From Mustelus asterias (Eukaryota), in assembly GCF_964213995.1 (NCBI RefSeq), contig NW_027590170.1, positions 372,001 through 436,000 of the forward strand: DNA of 64,000 nt. Reading direction: 5' to 3'. The notes beneath the pieces are model-generated. The model had not been told where the DNA came from, searched no databases, and saw only the letters and a program-made list of their open reading frames with translations. A program made the translations under genes and the position numbers. Positions 38,216 through 50,900 of this stretch are shown in pieces (position 1 is the first letter of the stretch; each line of letters opens with the position of its first letter).

Positions 38216-39154
38216 GGTTGATGCATGTTCCTTAAAACATTAATTTATCCATGAACCATCTGTCTTCTATTTTTATTTCAGACTTTTTATTCACCAAAAA
38301 CAAGTTTCTCCTTGAAATTGTCATGTGTAGATCGAACACAAGTGAGTGCATCAGCCAATGAGCAGAGCGATTCCTGTTCGCTGGAACATGAAATCGACAG
38401 TGAGGTGAAATAGTCCCGCAGCTGCTCATGTGGCACTTTCAGTTTCCAAAACCCACCAAACTCATCACTGTGGCTTCTGTGAAACATGCAAGGTAACACA
38501 CGGCAGGCATTCATCACGGAGAGCAACTGGCTCCGCTTTCCTCCCACGGTCCAAAGCTGTGTGGGTTCGGTATTGTTGTTGGGATTGTTATTGGTATAGG
38601 CTTGGTGTACCGAATGGCCTCCTTATGTACTGCAGGGATTCTCTGATTCTACGAGTTTGAAGGGTGGATGCTGAGATAATATTCTCCTTGGTCCGGGAAT
38701 CTAAAACACGGGATACAATCTCAGGATAAAGCGCTGATGATTTAGGTCTGAGGTGAGGAGAAATTGCATCACTCAGACGACAGCGAATCTTCGGAATTCT
38801 CTACGCCAGAGGCCTGTAGATGTTCCATCATTGAACACATTTCAGTCTGGGTTCGGCAGATTTCTGATCTATCCAACAATGACTGGGAACAGGAATATGG
38901 AATTGGAGCAAATGCTCAGCCACAAATTAATGTTTCTATTCTAATTGTTAAGCTTAACAGTATAATGGATGCATGTATATAATGTTATATGTAATATATT
39001 TGAAATCGATAGTCATTAAATAACGTTGGCAACACCAGATAACAGCACAGCTGGTAACACTTCAGAGATATTTTTATTGACGCCCAAGGACCCATTGCCA
39101 ACCCCACAACTGTTTGCATTTGAATGCTGATGTGAGAAAACACTAAGAGCTCTA

Positions 39155-39227
39155 GTTCTGAGGAGGTCCCGACCCACGAACCTTTCGGTTAATATCCGAA
39201 CGCGCTGACCAATTGCGCCACAGAGAC
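39155..39227 (-). pseudogene. tRNA-Asn pseudogene
   Basis: GTCTCTGTGGCGCAATTGGTCAGCGCGTTCGGATATTAACCGAAAGGTTCGTGGGTCGGGACC. Confidence 0.7.
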
Positions 39228-39522
39228 TGAGACACCAACTTTGCACGATATTCTAAACCAAGGTATCAATGACCACACTTATATTTCTGCTGAATCTGTT
39301 CCAGAACTACAGCACGACCGCACCGTTTACAATCCTATATAAGTCGCTTTGGTTATTTTGATCCCGTAGTATTGCTGTGATGTAGCGGTTATTCCCTTTC
39401 TCCTATGAACGTGCAGGTAAAATGTATCCATGTCTCTTATCACAAGAATTCACAAGAGTGCACGTACTCAAACTCACGCACCTGTACACAGATACACAGG
39501 CAGATGTATACATACACAATGA

Positions 39523-39727
39523 TCAACTAAAGATCAAAATGTCTCTCAGGTCAATTAAGGATCAAACTGTCTCCCAGGAAAATTGGAGATTACAGTGTCT
39601 CTCAGGGCAACTAGAGATCAAGCTGCCTATCAGTTCAGCTAGAGATCCAAATGTCTTTCAGGCAACTGGAGGAGAAACAATCCCTCAGGTCAATTAAAGA
39701 TCAAACTGTCTCTCAAGTCAATAAAGT
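39523..39727 (+). repeat. Degenerate minisatellite, about 28-bp unit, about 7 copies
   Basis: Unit close to TCAATTAAAGATCAAACTGTCTCTCAGG. Confidence 0.8.
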
Positions 39728-40794
39728 GTTCAATGTCCTTTTATTCCACTTGAATAAAGAAGTGTCTCTCAGAATGATTAGAGCCCAGTTGAGTATTGTG
39801 TTTATATTTGCTCTCTCTGATCAGTCGGATATGTATCCCGACATTGTATTCTCTGAAATAAACACATAACTCTGGCGACACTCTGAGCTGAGTACACCTG
39901 ATGTTTCGCATAAAGTGAGATGACGACCATTCGCTGCTTTTCCTATTTCTGCCACACAGCAAGTGACATTCGGCCTTTCTTTCTGATTCGATATTTTGCA
40001 GGTTTCTGAGAGACAAAACGTTCTTAGCAGTCTTGTTTGAAAACAATGAGAGCAGCAAATGGAAGCTGTGGCCAGGGATACCACAAACCCAAAGAAGATA
40101 AAACTGTGGCGTTGTCAGCAGCAGTCACAGGTGATAGAGCGGAAATTGCAACAGTTAAAATTACAGCAGCCTTTGGCCATCCAGGATTTGCTCACCGTTA
40201 AAGGGGCTGAGAAAAGCATAGCATCGCTTGTGTGTGAAGGGAGCCGATTCAATTGACCCAATTAACCTCCGTGTGGCTATTTGAAAAAAGCTTCCACTAT
40301 TGCCCATTTACAAGGCACGGGTCAGGAGTGAAATGGGATATTCTCGATTTGCCTGGATGAGTGCACCTCAAACAACACCCATGAAGTTCGATACAAACCA
40401 AGCAAAAGCAGGCCGTTTGATTACTTCCCCTTCCATAAGAAGTTTACTTCCTCCACCACTGACGCACAGTGGTAACCGTGTGCGCCAGTTACAAAATGCA
40501 CTGCAGTCGCTCACTTTGGCAGCACCATCCAAACACACAACCACTACCATCTAGAAGGACAAAGGGAGCAGGCACATGGGAACATCACAACTTGGAGGTT
40601 GCGCACCAAGTCATTCACCACCCTGAATTGGAAATATATTTCTGTTCCTTCACCGTCACTGGCTCAAAATCCTGGAACTCCCTCGACAACGGCACAGTGG
40701 GTGTACCTACATCTTAGTGATTGCAGCGGTTCAGGAAGGCAGCTCACCACCACACAGAACACTAATTTCCGTTATAAGAATCGACTATCTTCGC

Positions 40795-41080
40795 ATTGCT
40801 GGCTGAGTCGCCATGTCCCGGATTGATAATAATAGTCGTGTTGCTGGGTGAGTCTATGTGTCCCGGATTGATAATAATAGTCGTGTTGCTGGGTAAGTCT
40901 CTGTGTCCCGGATTGATAATAATAGTCGTGTTGCTGGTTGAGTCTCTGTGTCCCGGATTAATAATAATAGTTGTGCTGCTGGGTGAGTCTGTCTGTCTCG
41001 GATTGATAATAATAGTCGTGTTGCTGGGAGAGTCTCTGACTCCCGGATTGATAATAATAGTAGTATTTCTGGGTGACTTT
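40795..41080 (+). repeat. 45-bp minisatellite (about 6 copies) derived from a V leader exon plus splice donor
   Basis: Unit TGTCCCGGATTGATAATAATAGTCGTGTTGCTGG|GTGAGTCTCTG encodes CPGLIIIVVLL G|gt. Copy 2 is a full ATG...G|GTAAGT exon (40856-40892). Confidence 0.85.
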
Positions 41081-41153
41081 CTGAGGCGCGTGTTCTACAT
41101 CTCATTTGTTTAGTACTACAGAAGTGTTTACTCCATTCTGTATTTCATGAAAG

Positions 41154-41255
41154 CAACGAGTGCCGAGGAGTCAGGGTCCTTAGATTCATCTCAGATAAAA
41201 TTTCTGGAAGAACAGCCATTAATTTCCTGCTATGTTAATTCCACTTCTGAGTGCA
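41154..41255 (+). pseudogene. Truncated V-exon relic (family of the 7.5 kb V)
   Basis: After AG (41152-41153), in phase 1: ATSAEESGSLDSSQIKFLEEQPLISCYVNST aligns to GTNAEDSVFQDRSELSILEGQNITLDCKYST. Confidence 0.6.
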
Positions 41256-41443
41256 TCCTTCTGCTGGATGTTAAATGTTCCGCGTTTAAATTTATTATAT
41301 CAATCGCGGCACGGACATTAGTCCAGATATTTTCCAAACTGCTTCTTTGTGTATCTAAACAACGACAGAAAAAAAACTGCCCATTAAAGCGACCTGACTA
41401 CATTCGTGAACCCAGCTTAGTCGAGCTGTAAATACTTGCTGAG

Positions 41444-41482
41444 GTTTTTTGTACGGGGTTCTAGCTGTAGTCTAACGCTGTG
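41444..41482 (-). other. 23-RSS
   Basis: CACAGCG (41482-41476), 23 nt, ACAAAAAAC (41452-41444). Confidence 0.85.
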
Positions 41483-41983
41483 TCTCACTGCACAGTAATA
41501 GACCGCCACGTCCTCCAGAATGAGGCCGCTGATTTTGAGGTAATCATTCTGTTTAGACTTGTCAGAAGCCGCCAGATATCGTCCTGAAACTTTATTTTCC
41601 TTCAGTACTAATATTGTGGTAATACTCCAGCTCAGTGCCTGTGCCGGTTTCTGCTGATACCATTGCATGTAGCTCATACCCTTGCCTGTATAGTTACAAT
41701 CTAACTGCACCGAACCCCCTTCTGATGCGGTTATTTTCACCGGTGACTGCGTAACTGGATCTGCGCATAGTCCACCTGTAAAGATAGAGGAATTAAATAT
41801 CAAGAGTTATTGTAAATTTTCTTGTACCTGTGACAGTTTGTGGAACCTCCCATCTACGCCTCACGGAGATATTTCTGATAGTTAATTAAAATGCCATCTA
41901 TGTGTATTAATATGTTTGTCTGGCTTGATGAACGTTATCCGGTACTTACTGTTCAAAAGCGCCGCCAGAATGGTCAGAAACAT
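41483..41983 (-). CDS. TCR alpha/delta V gene segment, apparently functional (leader 41950-41983, V exon 41483-41775)
   Basis: MFLTILAALLN A|GTAAGT, acceptor TTTACAG, then SGLCADPVTQSP...VQLDCNY...MQWYQQKP...LKISGLILEDVAVYYCAVR. Confidence 0.9.
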
Positions 41984-42650
41984 ATCTGACTGAATCTCTT
42001 TCAGTGAATGAGAATGGACGGAGTCAGAGAGTGAGAAAGAGAGAGGCAATCCGAGCTCTGTTCCGTTGATTGCAATGTGTGAGTGAGTGTGTGTCAGTTT
42101 GTCTGTGTGCGTGTGATTGGGGGGAGGGCAAGGGGGAGTCTATTGTGACTTCATCAGTCTACCATCCATACAGGCTCTAGTGATAATGTCACGTGAGTTT
42201 GTGACACCCCCCCCCCCCCCCCAACTGCTAACCCACCCTCCCCCACGCCCCACACCCAAACTGGGCTTTAATTTGGCGTCTTCAGCTGACAAATGTTTTT
42301 TTTAATGCAAGTTCGCATTTGGCTGTTGACTATTTTCAATGTTTACTCCAATATATACTAAGACATAAATGCTGCCCAGACACCTGAATTGGTGCTCCTT
42401 GAACACTGTGTTTGTTACTTTTCCTATTTATATCGTAAAATGATGGTGATCCTGCGAGCATTATTGCTGGAATTCTCTGTTCAAACCCTGGTTGCGACGA
42501 AGTCGAATGAATACCAAAACTTCGGAAAACGTGCGGAGCTGTGGAAGATGTTTCCATGAGTAGGAGAAATTAGGATGCAAAGACACATCCTCAGAGTAAA
42601 GGGACGAATCTTTAGAACCGAGATGAAGAGGAGTTGCTTCAGCCAGTGGG

Positions 42651-43866
42651 TGGTAGACGAGGGCAGTGCAGTTGACGTTGTCTACATGAACATTAGCAAG
42701 GCATTTGACAAGGTACCAAAAGGTAGATTGTTGCATAAGGTTAAATCTCACGGGATCTAGCATAAGGTAGTGAAATGGATGCATAATTGGCTTGATGACA
42801 GAAAACGGGGTGGTTGTAGAGGGTTGCTTTTCAAACTGCAGGCCTGTGATCAGCGGTGTGCCTCAGGGGTCAGTGATGGGTCCACTATTATTTGTCATTT
42901 ATATTAATGATTTGGATAAGAATTTAGGAGACATGATTATAAAGTTTGTAGATGACACCAAGATTGCTGACATAGTGGATAGTGAAGAAGGTTATCTCGG
43001 ATTGCAATGGGATCTTGATCAATTGGGCCAGTGGGCTGACGAATGGCAGATGGAGTTCAATTCAGATAAATGCAAGGTGATGCATTTTGTCAGATCGAAC
43101 CAGGGCAGGACTTACTCAGTTAATGATTGGGCGTTGGGGAGAGTAATAGAACAAAGAGATCTAGGGGTACAGGTTCAAAGCTCCTTGAAAGTGGAGTCAC
43201 AGAGTGATGAAGAAGGCATTCGGCGTGCTTGGATGCTTGGTTTCATTGGTCAGAATATTGAATGCAGGAGCTGGGACGTCTTGTTGAAGTTGTACAAGAC
43301 ATTGGTAAGGCCACACATGGAATACTGTGTACAGTTCTGGTCACCCTATTATAGGACAGACGTTATAAAACTAGAAAGAGAGCAGAAAAAAAGTACTGGG
43401 ATGCTACTGGGACTTGATGGTTTGAGTTATAAGGGGAGGCTGGATCAAATGGGACTTTTTTCCCTTAAGCGTAGGAGGCTTAGGGCTGATCTTCTAGAGG
43501 TCTATATAATGATGAGGGACATAGACCAGCTGGAAAGTCATTATCTTTTCCCAAAGGTCGGGGAGTTTAAAACTAGAGGGCAGAGGTTTAAGGTGAGAGG
43601 GGAGAGAAACAAAAGGGTACAGAGGTGCAATTTGTTCACACAGAGAGTGGTGAGTGTCTGGAACAAGCTACCAGAGGTAGTAGTGGAGGCGGGTACAATT
43701 TTGTCTTTTAAAAAGTGTTTAGAGAGTTACATGGGTATGATGGGTAGAGAGGTATATGGGCCAAACGGGGCAATTGGGACTTGCTTAGAGGTTAAATAAA
43801 GGGGCGGCATGGACAAGTTGGGCCGAAGGGCCCGGTGCCATGCTGTAAACCTCTATGACTCCATGA
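42651..43866 (+). mobile_element. Degenerate CR1 LINE (RT 3' part)
   Basis: ORF 42792-43799 with GVPQGSVMGP, FVDD and HMEYCVQFWSP. 3' tail CTCTATGACTCCATGAC. Confidence 0.9.
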
Positions 43867-44149
43867 CGCCCTGGTGAATCTATGGAATTCAATGCCACAG
43901 ACGACTGTGGAGGCCAGGTCACTGAGTTGATAGGTTCTTGATTTGTAAGAGAATCAAAGGATCCGAGTAAAGGCGGGAGAATGGGTTTGAGAACCTTCGC
44001 AGCCACAATTGAATAGCGGAGCAGACCTGATGGGCCCAATTGTCTAATCCTGCTCCTATATCTTATCGTCTTAAGGAGTTTGGTTCATAATCAGAATAGT
44101 GCCAGGGATCAACAGATTAATTTGGTTTACTTTGCTTACAAACAAGAAG

Positions 44150-44299
44150 ATACAATTTGACTCTGCTGATACATACAGAATTTTTCCCTTTCCACAGAGT
44201 AAAATTATATATTTTCGATACATTGTAAAGTCACCGATTCTTCTTCTGTCTTTACTGTTGAGGACAGCGGCTGAGTGATAGAATCTCCATGACCCATAT
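44150..44299 (-). pseudogene. TCR V pseudogene fragment
   Basis: Acceptor CCTTTTCCAG, then DMGHGDSITQPLSSTVKTEEESVTLQC and a stop. Homologous to FR1 of the 4.4 kb V. Confidence 0.65.
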
Positions 44300-44927
44300 C
44301 TGGAAAAGGATTGTCTTTGGAGTTGGTGGGCTCAGGAGAAAATATTCCGCACTGCAGTGCAGTCTAAAATTTGAAATGAAATGGCATAAAATCGGGGTAG
44401 AATTTATGATCCGAAATGTTTGGACACAAATTTGAGTCCCGAAGACTCACGTTAGGAAGAAAGCTGCACCTTGTAGTTCCATGCCGCCGCCACCAGACGG
44501 CAATGGGATGCCGGGTTGGCTTTCGTATCGGGGCGAATTCCAGACTCACAACCGCGGCCGGTAACAATCTTGAAAAAATGTAGCTAAAAGATCAAATGTC
44601 GAAACAGAAATATTATTTTAACATTGACAGCCAACTTATATTGCTTCACGAGATCTATTATTACGATTATCAAAGCTGCTCTTACTGTTAGTGTGCTGCA
44701 AATATTTTCGTTCGTTTAGCTTAGCGCTCCGCATTCTTCGTGGAGTGCATTGGGTAACGTGTACTTTCTACACAAAAGCGCCCAGTTCCAAACAGGGAAG
44801 TTTGCAACGTTGGTGAATATTTTCCTGGAGCTTTCAGTCCTCAAATGTGGACGTGCTGAGTTTGTTCAACGATTTCGTTTTTTACCAGAGATGGTTGAGC
44901 TGCTTTGGATCAAAAGAACAAAGAAAA

Positions 44928-46346
44928 TTACAGCACAAGAACAGACCCGTCGGCCCTCCAAGCCTTCACCGACCATGCTGCCCGACAGAACAGAAGCCCC
45001 CCTACCCTTCCGGGGAATCATATCACTCTATTCCCATCCTATTCATGTATTTATCAAGATACCTCTTGAAAGTCACTATCGCATCTGCTTCCACTACTTC
45101 CCCCTGCAGTGAATTCCAGGTACCCACTATTCTCTGTGTAAAAAAATTGCCTTGTATATCTCCTTTAAAACTTGCCCCTCGCACCTTAAACCTATGCCCC
45201 CTCGTAATTGACTCTTGGACCCTGGGAGAAAGCTTCTTACTATCCACTCTGTCCATGCCCCTCATAATCTTGTAGACTTCTATCAGGTAACCTCTCAACC
45301 TCCGTTGTTCCAGTGAGAACCAACCAAGTTTCTCCAAACTCTCCTCATAGCTGATGCCCTCCATGCCATATAACACCCTGGTAAATATTTTCTGTACCCT
45401 CGTCAAAGCCTCCACATTCGTCTGGTAGTGTGGCTACCAGAATTGAACACTATATTCCAAGTGCGGGCTAACTAAGGTTCAATAAAACTGCCACATGACT
45501 TGCCACTTTTTAAACTCAGTGTCCCGGCTGATGAAGACAATAGTGCCGTATGCCTTCTTGACTACCTTCTCCACCTGTACACCCAGATCCCTCTGCCTAT
45601 CAATGTTCTTAAGGTTTCTGCCATCTACTGTATATTTCCTATCTGTACTTGACCTTCCAAAAAGCATTACCTCACATTTCTCCGGATTGAACTCCATCTG
45701 CCATTTCTCCGCCCAAGCCTCCAACCGATCTACATCCTGCTGTATCCTCTGATGGTCCTCATCGCTATCCGTAAATCCCCCAACCTTTGTGTCATCCGCA
45801 GACTTACTAATGAAGTCAGTTACATTTTCCTCCAAATCATTTATATATATATATTCCAAACAGCAAAGGTCCCAATACTGATCCTTGAGGAACGCCACTT
45901 GTCACGGCCCTTCATTCAGGAACGCACCCTTCCACTGCTACCTTCTGTCTACTATGAACGAACCAGTTCTGTGTCCACCTTGCCAGCTCACCTCTGATCT
46001 CATGCGTCTTCACCTTCTGCACCAGTCTGCCATGAGGAACCTTGTCAAATGCCTTACCGACGTCCACGTAGACAACATCAACTGCCCTACTCTAATCAAT
46101 CATTTTCGTCACTTCCTCGAATAACTCGACCAAGTTAGTGAGACATGACCGCCGCTTCACCAAACCATGTTGCCTCTCACTAATACGTCCACTTATTTCC
46201 AAGTCGGAATAAATCCTGTCTCGAAGAACCCTCTTCAATAATTTCCCTATCACTGACGTAAGGCTGACCGGCCTGTAATTACCTGGATTATTCTTGCTAC
46301 CCTTCTTAAACAAAGGAACAACATTGGCTAGTCTCCAATCCTCTGG
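44928..46346 (-). mobile_element. Degenerate CR1 LINE
   Basis: Minus-strand ORFs: PEDWRLANVVPLFKKG..NYRPVSLTS, SADDTK, RVQKIFTR..RRLRGYLIEVYK. Confidence 0.9.
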
Positions 46347-46390
46347 GAAAAGCAAATGAGCTATATTTTGCTGAACACACCGATAGCGTA

Positions 46391-46479
46391 GGCTCGTTTG
46401 TCTCGGGACATGATTTCCGTTTTGGGTATTTGAGGTCAAAGTGTTCGAGAGGGCCTGGGTTCAAGTCCCGGATGAGCCC
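46391..46479 (+). pseudogene. tRNA-Pro(TGG) pseudogene with a 17-nt insert at position 37/38
   Basis: GGCTCGTTTGTCTCGGGACATGATTTCCGTTTTGGG[TATTTGAGGTCAAAGTG]TTCGAGAGGGCCTGGGTTCAAGTCCCGGATGAGCCC. Confidence 0.7.
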
Positions 46480-47909
46480 TTTGATGTTGCTTTCTATTGC
46501 CCATTCCGCAGGTTTTGTTCATTTCTTTCCGGTGCAGATGGCGGGGTTGGTTCACATGGGGTTTGGTTTGAGAGCCTGAGCACAAACTGTAGGGAATCCA
46601 TCAGAACGACAACCTCACTGGAACAACATTTTCAAAAGGGTTGACTTGTAAGGGGATATCCATTTTATCACAATTCACCTGTACAAGGGACCCCATGATT
46701 GTCCCGGCAGCTGGCTGGATGTTTCTTTTTATTCAGTAACGAGATGTGAGTGTCACTGGCTAGGCCGGCGTTTATTACTCATCATTAATTACCTTTGAGA
46801 AGGTGGTGGTGAACTGTCTTCTTGAACCGCTGCAGTCTATCAGTGTAGGTATATGCATTGTTCTGTTACTGGGGCGACAGGCGGCGGGGGCGGGGGAGTG
46901 GAGGTGTTGGGGGGGGGGGGGTGGCGGGGCGGCTATTCCAGGATCTTGTCCCTGCGACAGTGAAGGAACAGCGGTATATTTCCAAGTCAGGATGTGATTG
47001 GCTTGGAGGGGAACTTCCAGGTTGCAGCTCTCTTGGGTTTGGAAACTGCCGACTAAGGTATATGTGGCGAGTTCCTGCATAATCCAGACAAGTGGGGAGC
47101 ATTCCATCACATTCCTGACTTTTACCTTGTCGATGGTGGATAGGCTCTGCGAGTCAGGAGGTGAGTTATTCGCTGCAGGATTTCTAGCCTCTAACCTGCT
47201 CTTGTTGCCACTGCACGAACTGATAAAATGTGTGCTGAGTCAAAATAGGAGCATCGCTTTTCCTGCGCAGTGTGCAGAGAATTTCAGCACTTCTATTTAT
47301 TTTTTTCTGAATGCATATTGAGGCATATGTAAGAGCTAATGGCATATGCGTATAAAATATTGTGTTCAAGTAATATTCAGTAAGAAGCCACACAACACCA
47401 GGCTAAAGTCCAACAGATTTCCTTCTCTATGAACGGTATGTTTTGTCTGCATAACGCGCAGGAAACAATACTTTTCACTGTATGTTAATACATGTGACAA
47501 TAATAAATCAAATTAAATCAAAACAAGGTTTATTTGGAATCACTCAACTCATGAAGGTGCAGCGCTCTGAAAGCTCGTGATTTCATTAAACCTGATGGAC
47601 TTTAACCTGGTGTTGTGAGACGTCCTACTGTGCCTACCCTCGTCCAAAGCTGGGCATCTCCACCTCATATTCGATAGTTGATTCACTGAGGGGAGTGGTT
47701 AGTGGTTGGGCAGTGTTATTGTCTTTAATTCCAACACGGCAGATTAACTCAGCAAGTCAATTCAAGGGCTATTAGGGATGATGTAAACGAATAATGGAAA
47801 TTTCAATGATGGAACTTTTCCTCACAAGTAACCGAATCGCTTTGACAAAGTTTCTGCCCGATTTCGAAGCGTTAGACCAATATGTAACAAGTGCTGTAAG
47901 TTAGCAGGT

Positions 47910-47982
47910 GGATCAGTGGCACAGTGGGTAATGCATCTGATTACGGATTAGAAGATTCCCGATTCGACTCCTGGCTGGTTCG
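47910..47982 (+). pseudogene. tRNA-Arg(ACG) pseudogene
   Basis: GGATCAGTGGCACAGTGGGTAATGCATCTGATTACGGATTAGAAGATTCCCGATTCGACTCCTGGCTGGTTCG aligns full length to tRNA-Arg(ACG). The T stem is disrupted. Confidence 0.75.
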
Positions 47983-50900
47983 ATGTAAAATTTTAAAAGG
48001 AGTTCACAAATTCCATGTTACTTGGGATGACAACGTTCTTCAATAACTTTAGAACTATTCAGATAAATGCTGTCGAACTTCAGTCAGCTACCCTGGAGAA
48101 ATTTATGTCAGATAATTTTTTTAGAACTCGACTATTTCAAATTAAATTCCACTGAAAGATTTTCATTAAGTAAGTTTAATCGTGTTTGTTTTTTTAAATG
48201 GCACGCTTTTGTTAAATCGTTTGGAAAAACATTTTAATAAGTTTACACTATATTTTGAAAGTTGGAAAAGTCTAGATGGAAAAGTTCAGCATGGAAAAGT
48301 TATTTTTCAAAATGCTGAAACGAATTTCCAAAACGTTGACCAACACTTGTCAAACTCAAGGGAAGAAAATATTTTAAATATGTTTAATGCTAAGAAGTTC
48401 GCAACAAATTTAATAAAAGCAAGTTACTGCGCATGCTGGAATCTGAATCCAAAAGAGAAAATGCTGGAAAATTTCAGCAGGTCTGGTAGTATCTGTAAGG
48501 AGAAAAAAGAGCTGACGTTTCAAATCCAAATGACGCTTTGTGAAAGCTTTGGATCCGAAACGTCAGCTCTTTTCTTTCCTTACAGATGCTGCCTGACGTG
48601 CTGAGATTTTCCAGCATTTTTCCTTCGAAACATTTTTAAATTCCATCGTGTTTTCTCAAAAGTTGATCAATTCTAGGTAAATCCCATGGAGAAAAATATT
48701 TGAATAATTTCGTTAAATTCCGTTTTGAAAAGTTCGCAAATTAGCCAGAAGGTGGAGATGCTGGGGTTGTTCTCCAAAGGAGTGGAGGAGATTGAGGGGA
48801 GCTGTAATCGAAGTGGATGAGATTAGGAGAGGCTTTGCTCAGGTAGATAAAGAAAATATGTTCCCATTAGCTGATGGTGCTAACGGAAAATGGTGCGGGG
48901 CTATGCAAGGTGCCTTTTTTTAAGATTATGGGCAATGTGGGATGGAGGTGGGGGCGGATGTAGGAGGAACATTTTTCCACAGTGAATGCTCAGTTTTACC
49001 GACGAGAGTGGTGGATGTGGTTATTTTAGTTAAATAGAATTTCTGAGGCCGGAAGGTTGACCTCCTGAGAAAGAAAATGGATCTATGGGAACATTCTGAG
49101 GCAACTAAATGAACTCTTCGATTCCATTTAACTTCTAAAGACATCCGCTGTTGTTGTTAAGAACCTGATCTACAATGTGAGGGTATCCCAAAATGCAGAA
49201 TGTTCACGTGGAACACCAATACTTAATGGTAGAAAGTTTCAATTTGACATAATGTATAAAAAAAGGAAACGAGTGAGACATGGTCCAGCCTTGTTGCAAA
49301 TCATTAATAATGGATAATTATTATCTGAAAACAGGCACACAGCAAGAAAGACTGTAATACAATTCAACAGGACCCTTAACTACAATAATGACCACACACA
49401 CAGTATCTCATGAGGTGAACCCGTGTTCCCAGTTGTACAGTTTTCTGACCTCTGAGAACTGTCCCTTTCCCAAACAACATACGAAATTGTATGGCTCTAT
49501 GAGTTTAAAACAGATTATAGTGACCAGCCACGGGTTATTTTGCAGCTTGGGAAACCCTTCTTTAGTTCAGCACAGTGGTTTTTCTCTGTTAGTTTTTTTT
49601 AAACAGCCACTTTTTTCAGTACATTGCCTTTCTGGGAGAGTTTGCTTTCTCCAGCTTGGTGAGGCTATTGTAGTCGCTGCTCTTCTCCTGCTGTACTCAG
49701 CTCCCATGGTGATACTTTCCATTCCCTTTGATGTTGTGCTATCTTAATAACACCTCTTCGTATAGTTGCAAATTATATTCTTCTCTCTCCACTTTGAAAT
49801 CACCTTGTCTATAGTTCTAACACCTTCACATAAAACATTGTTCAACCCATAGTCATTTTCGTAAACATTTGTTTTCTTGCCGGTTTGCTAATTCGCATAT
49901 GAAAAACCCCTTCAAACAGATGTACTCTTACTAATCTAATCCTTCAGTTTATTTTGTCCAAATTTTAATTTAAATCTTTATGTTTATGTATCTTGTAACG
50001 TTCTCGGGATGAGAGTTGGTGGTGGCTCCATTCTGAACTCGCAGAGGCAGCCACAGGTCTTGTTCAGGGGAGACCTGACATCTGCACATTGTTCCAGGCC
50101 GGTTTTGCGCCATTGTGTTTACCTGCTGTTGCCGCACAGAATTGGACCGGGGTGAAAGGAATTCTGATTGGAATTCTGCTGCGATCGATAACGGAGAATT
50201 TGGTGCTCAGACAAATCGACGTTTACTGCAGCGGGACCGGAGAAATCCAACTGCGGTCGAGGTCAGAGAAACTCGTGTCATAGCATTCTGTGTCCACCTG
50301 GAGGCATTTGAAGCATATCTATGTTTCTATATTATAGAGCTTTTCCCGTTAAAAAATCATTGTGCCATCTAATTGTTTTTTAAAGGAGGTCCTCTGCCAG
50401 TGTTTGCTCCACTAGTCAATATCCCTAGTCACTTTACAGCAGACTGTGTTTCTGTTGATGCTGCAGGGAGCCCCGTTTTATTTTGACATGAGAGTGGGCT
50501 TCTGATTGTAACAACCACATCCGGCCTTGGCATACTACATTGGATTGTACCTCTGCTTAACTGACATTTTCTGTCTGTTGTAAACAATAAAATATATATT
50601 TTCTATTTCTGATACATCTTGGCTCATTTATTATTTCACTGGACGACTGCTGCCTCGCAGCGCCAGGGATCCGGGTTGAATTCCCAGCTTGTGTTACCGT
50701 CTGCATGGAGTCTGCACATTCTCCCCGTGCCTGCGTGGATTTCCTCTGGGTGCTCCGGTTTCATCCCACAGTCCAAAGATGTGCTGGTAAGTTGCATTAG
50801 CCATTCTAAATTCTCCCTCAGTGTACCCGAACAAGCGCTGGAATGTGGCGACCAGGGGATTTTCACAGTTACTTCATTGCAGTATTAATGTAAGCCTACT

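Noticed and set aside
39523-39727. 28-bp repeats as a CRISPR array
   Set aside because: Units are adjacent with no unique spacers, there are no cas genes, and this is vertebrate DNA.
40796-41113. 105-aa ORF with repeated hydrophobic segments, as a multi-pass membrane protein
   Set aside because: It is the translation of a 45-bp minisatellite and is better explained as an amplified leader exon.
44445-44600. Leader exon for the 44.2 kb V relic
   Set aside because: There are two candidate donors, but neither gives a phase-1 hydrophobic leader.
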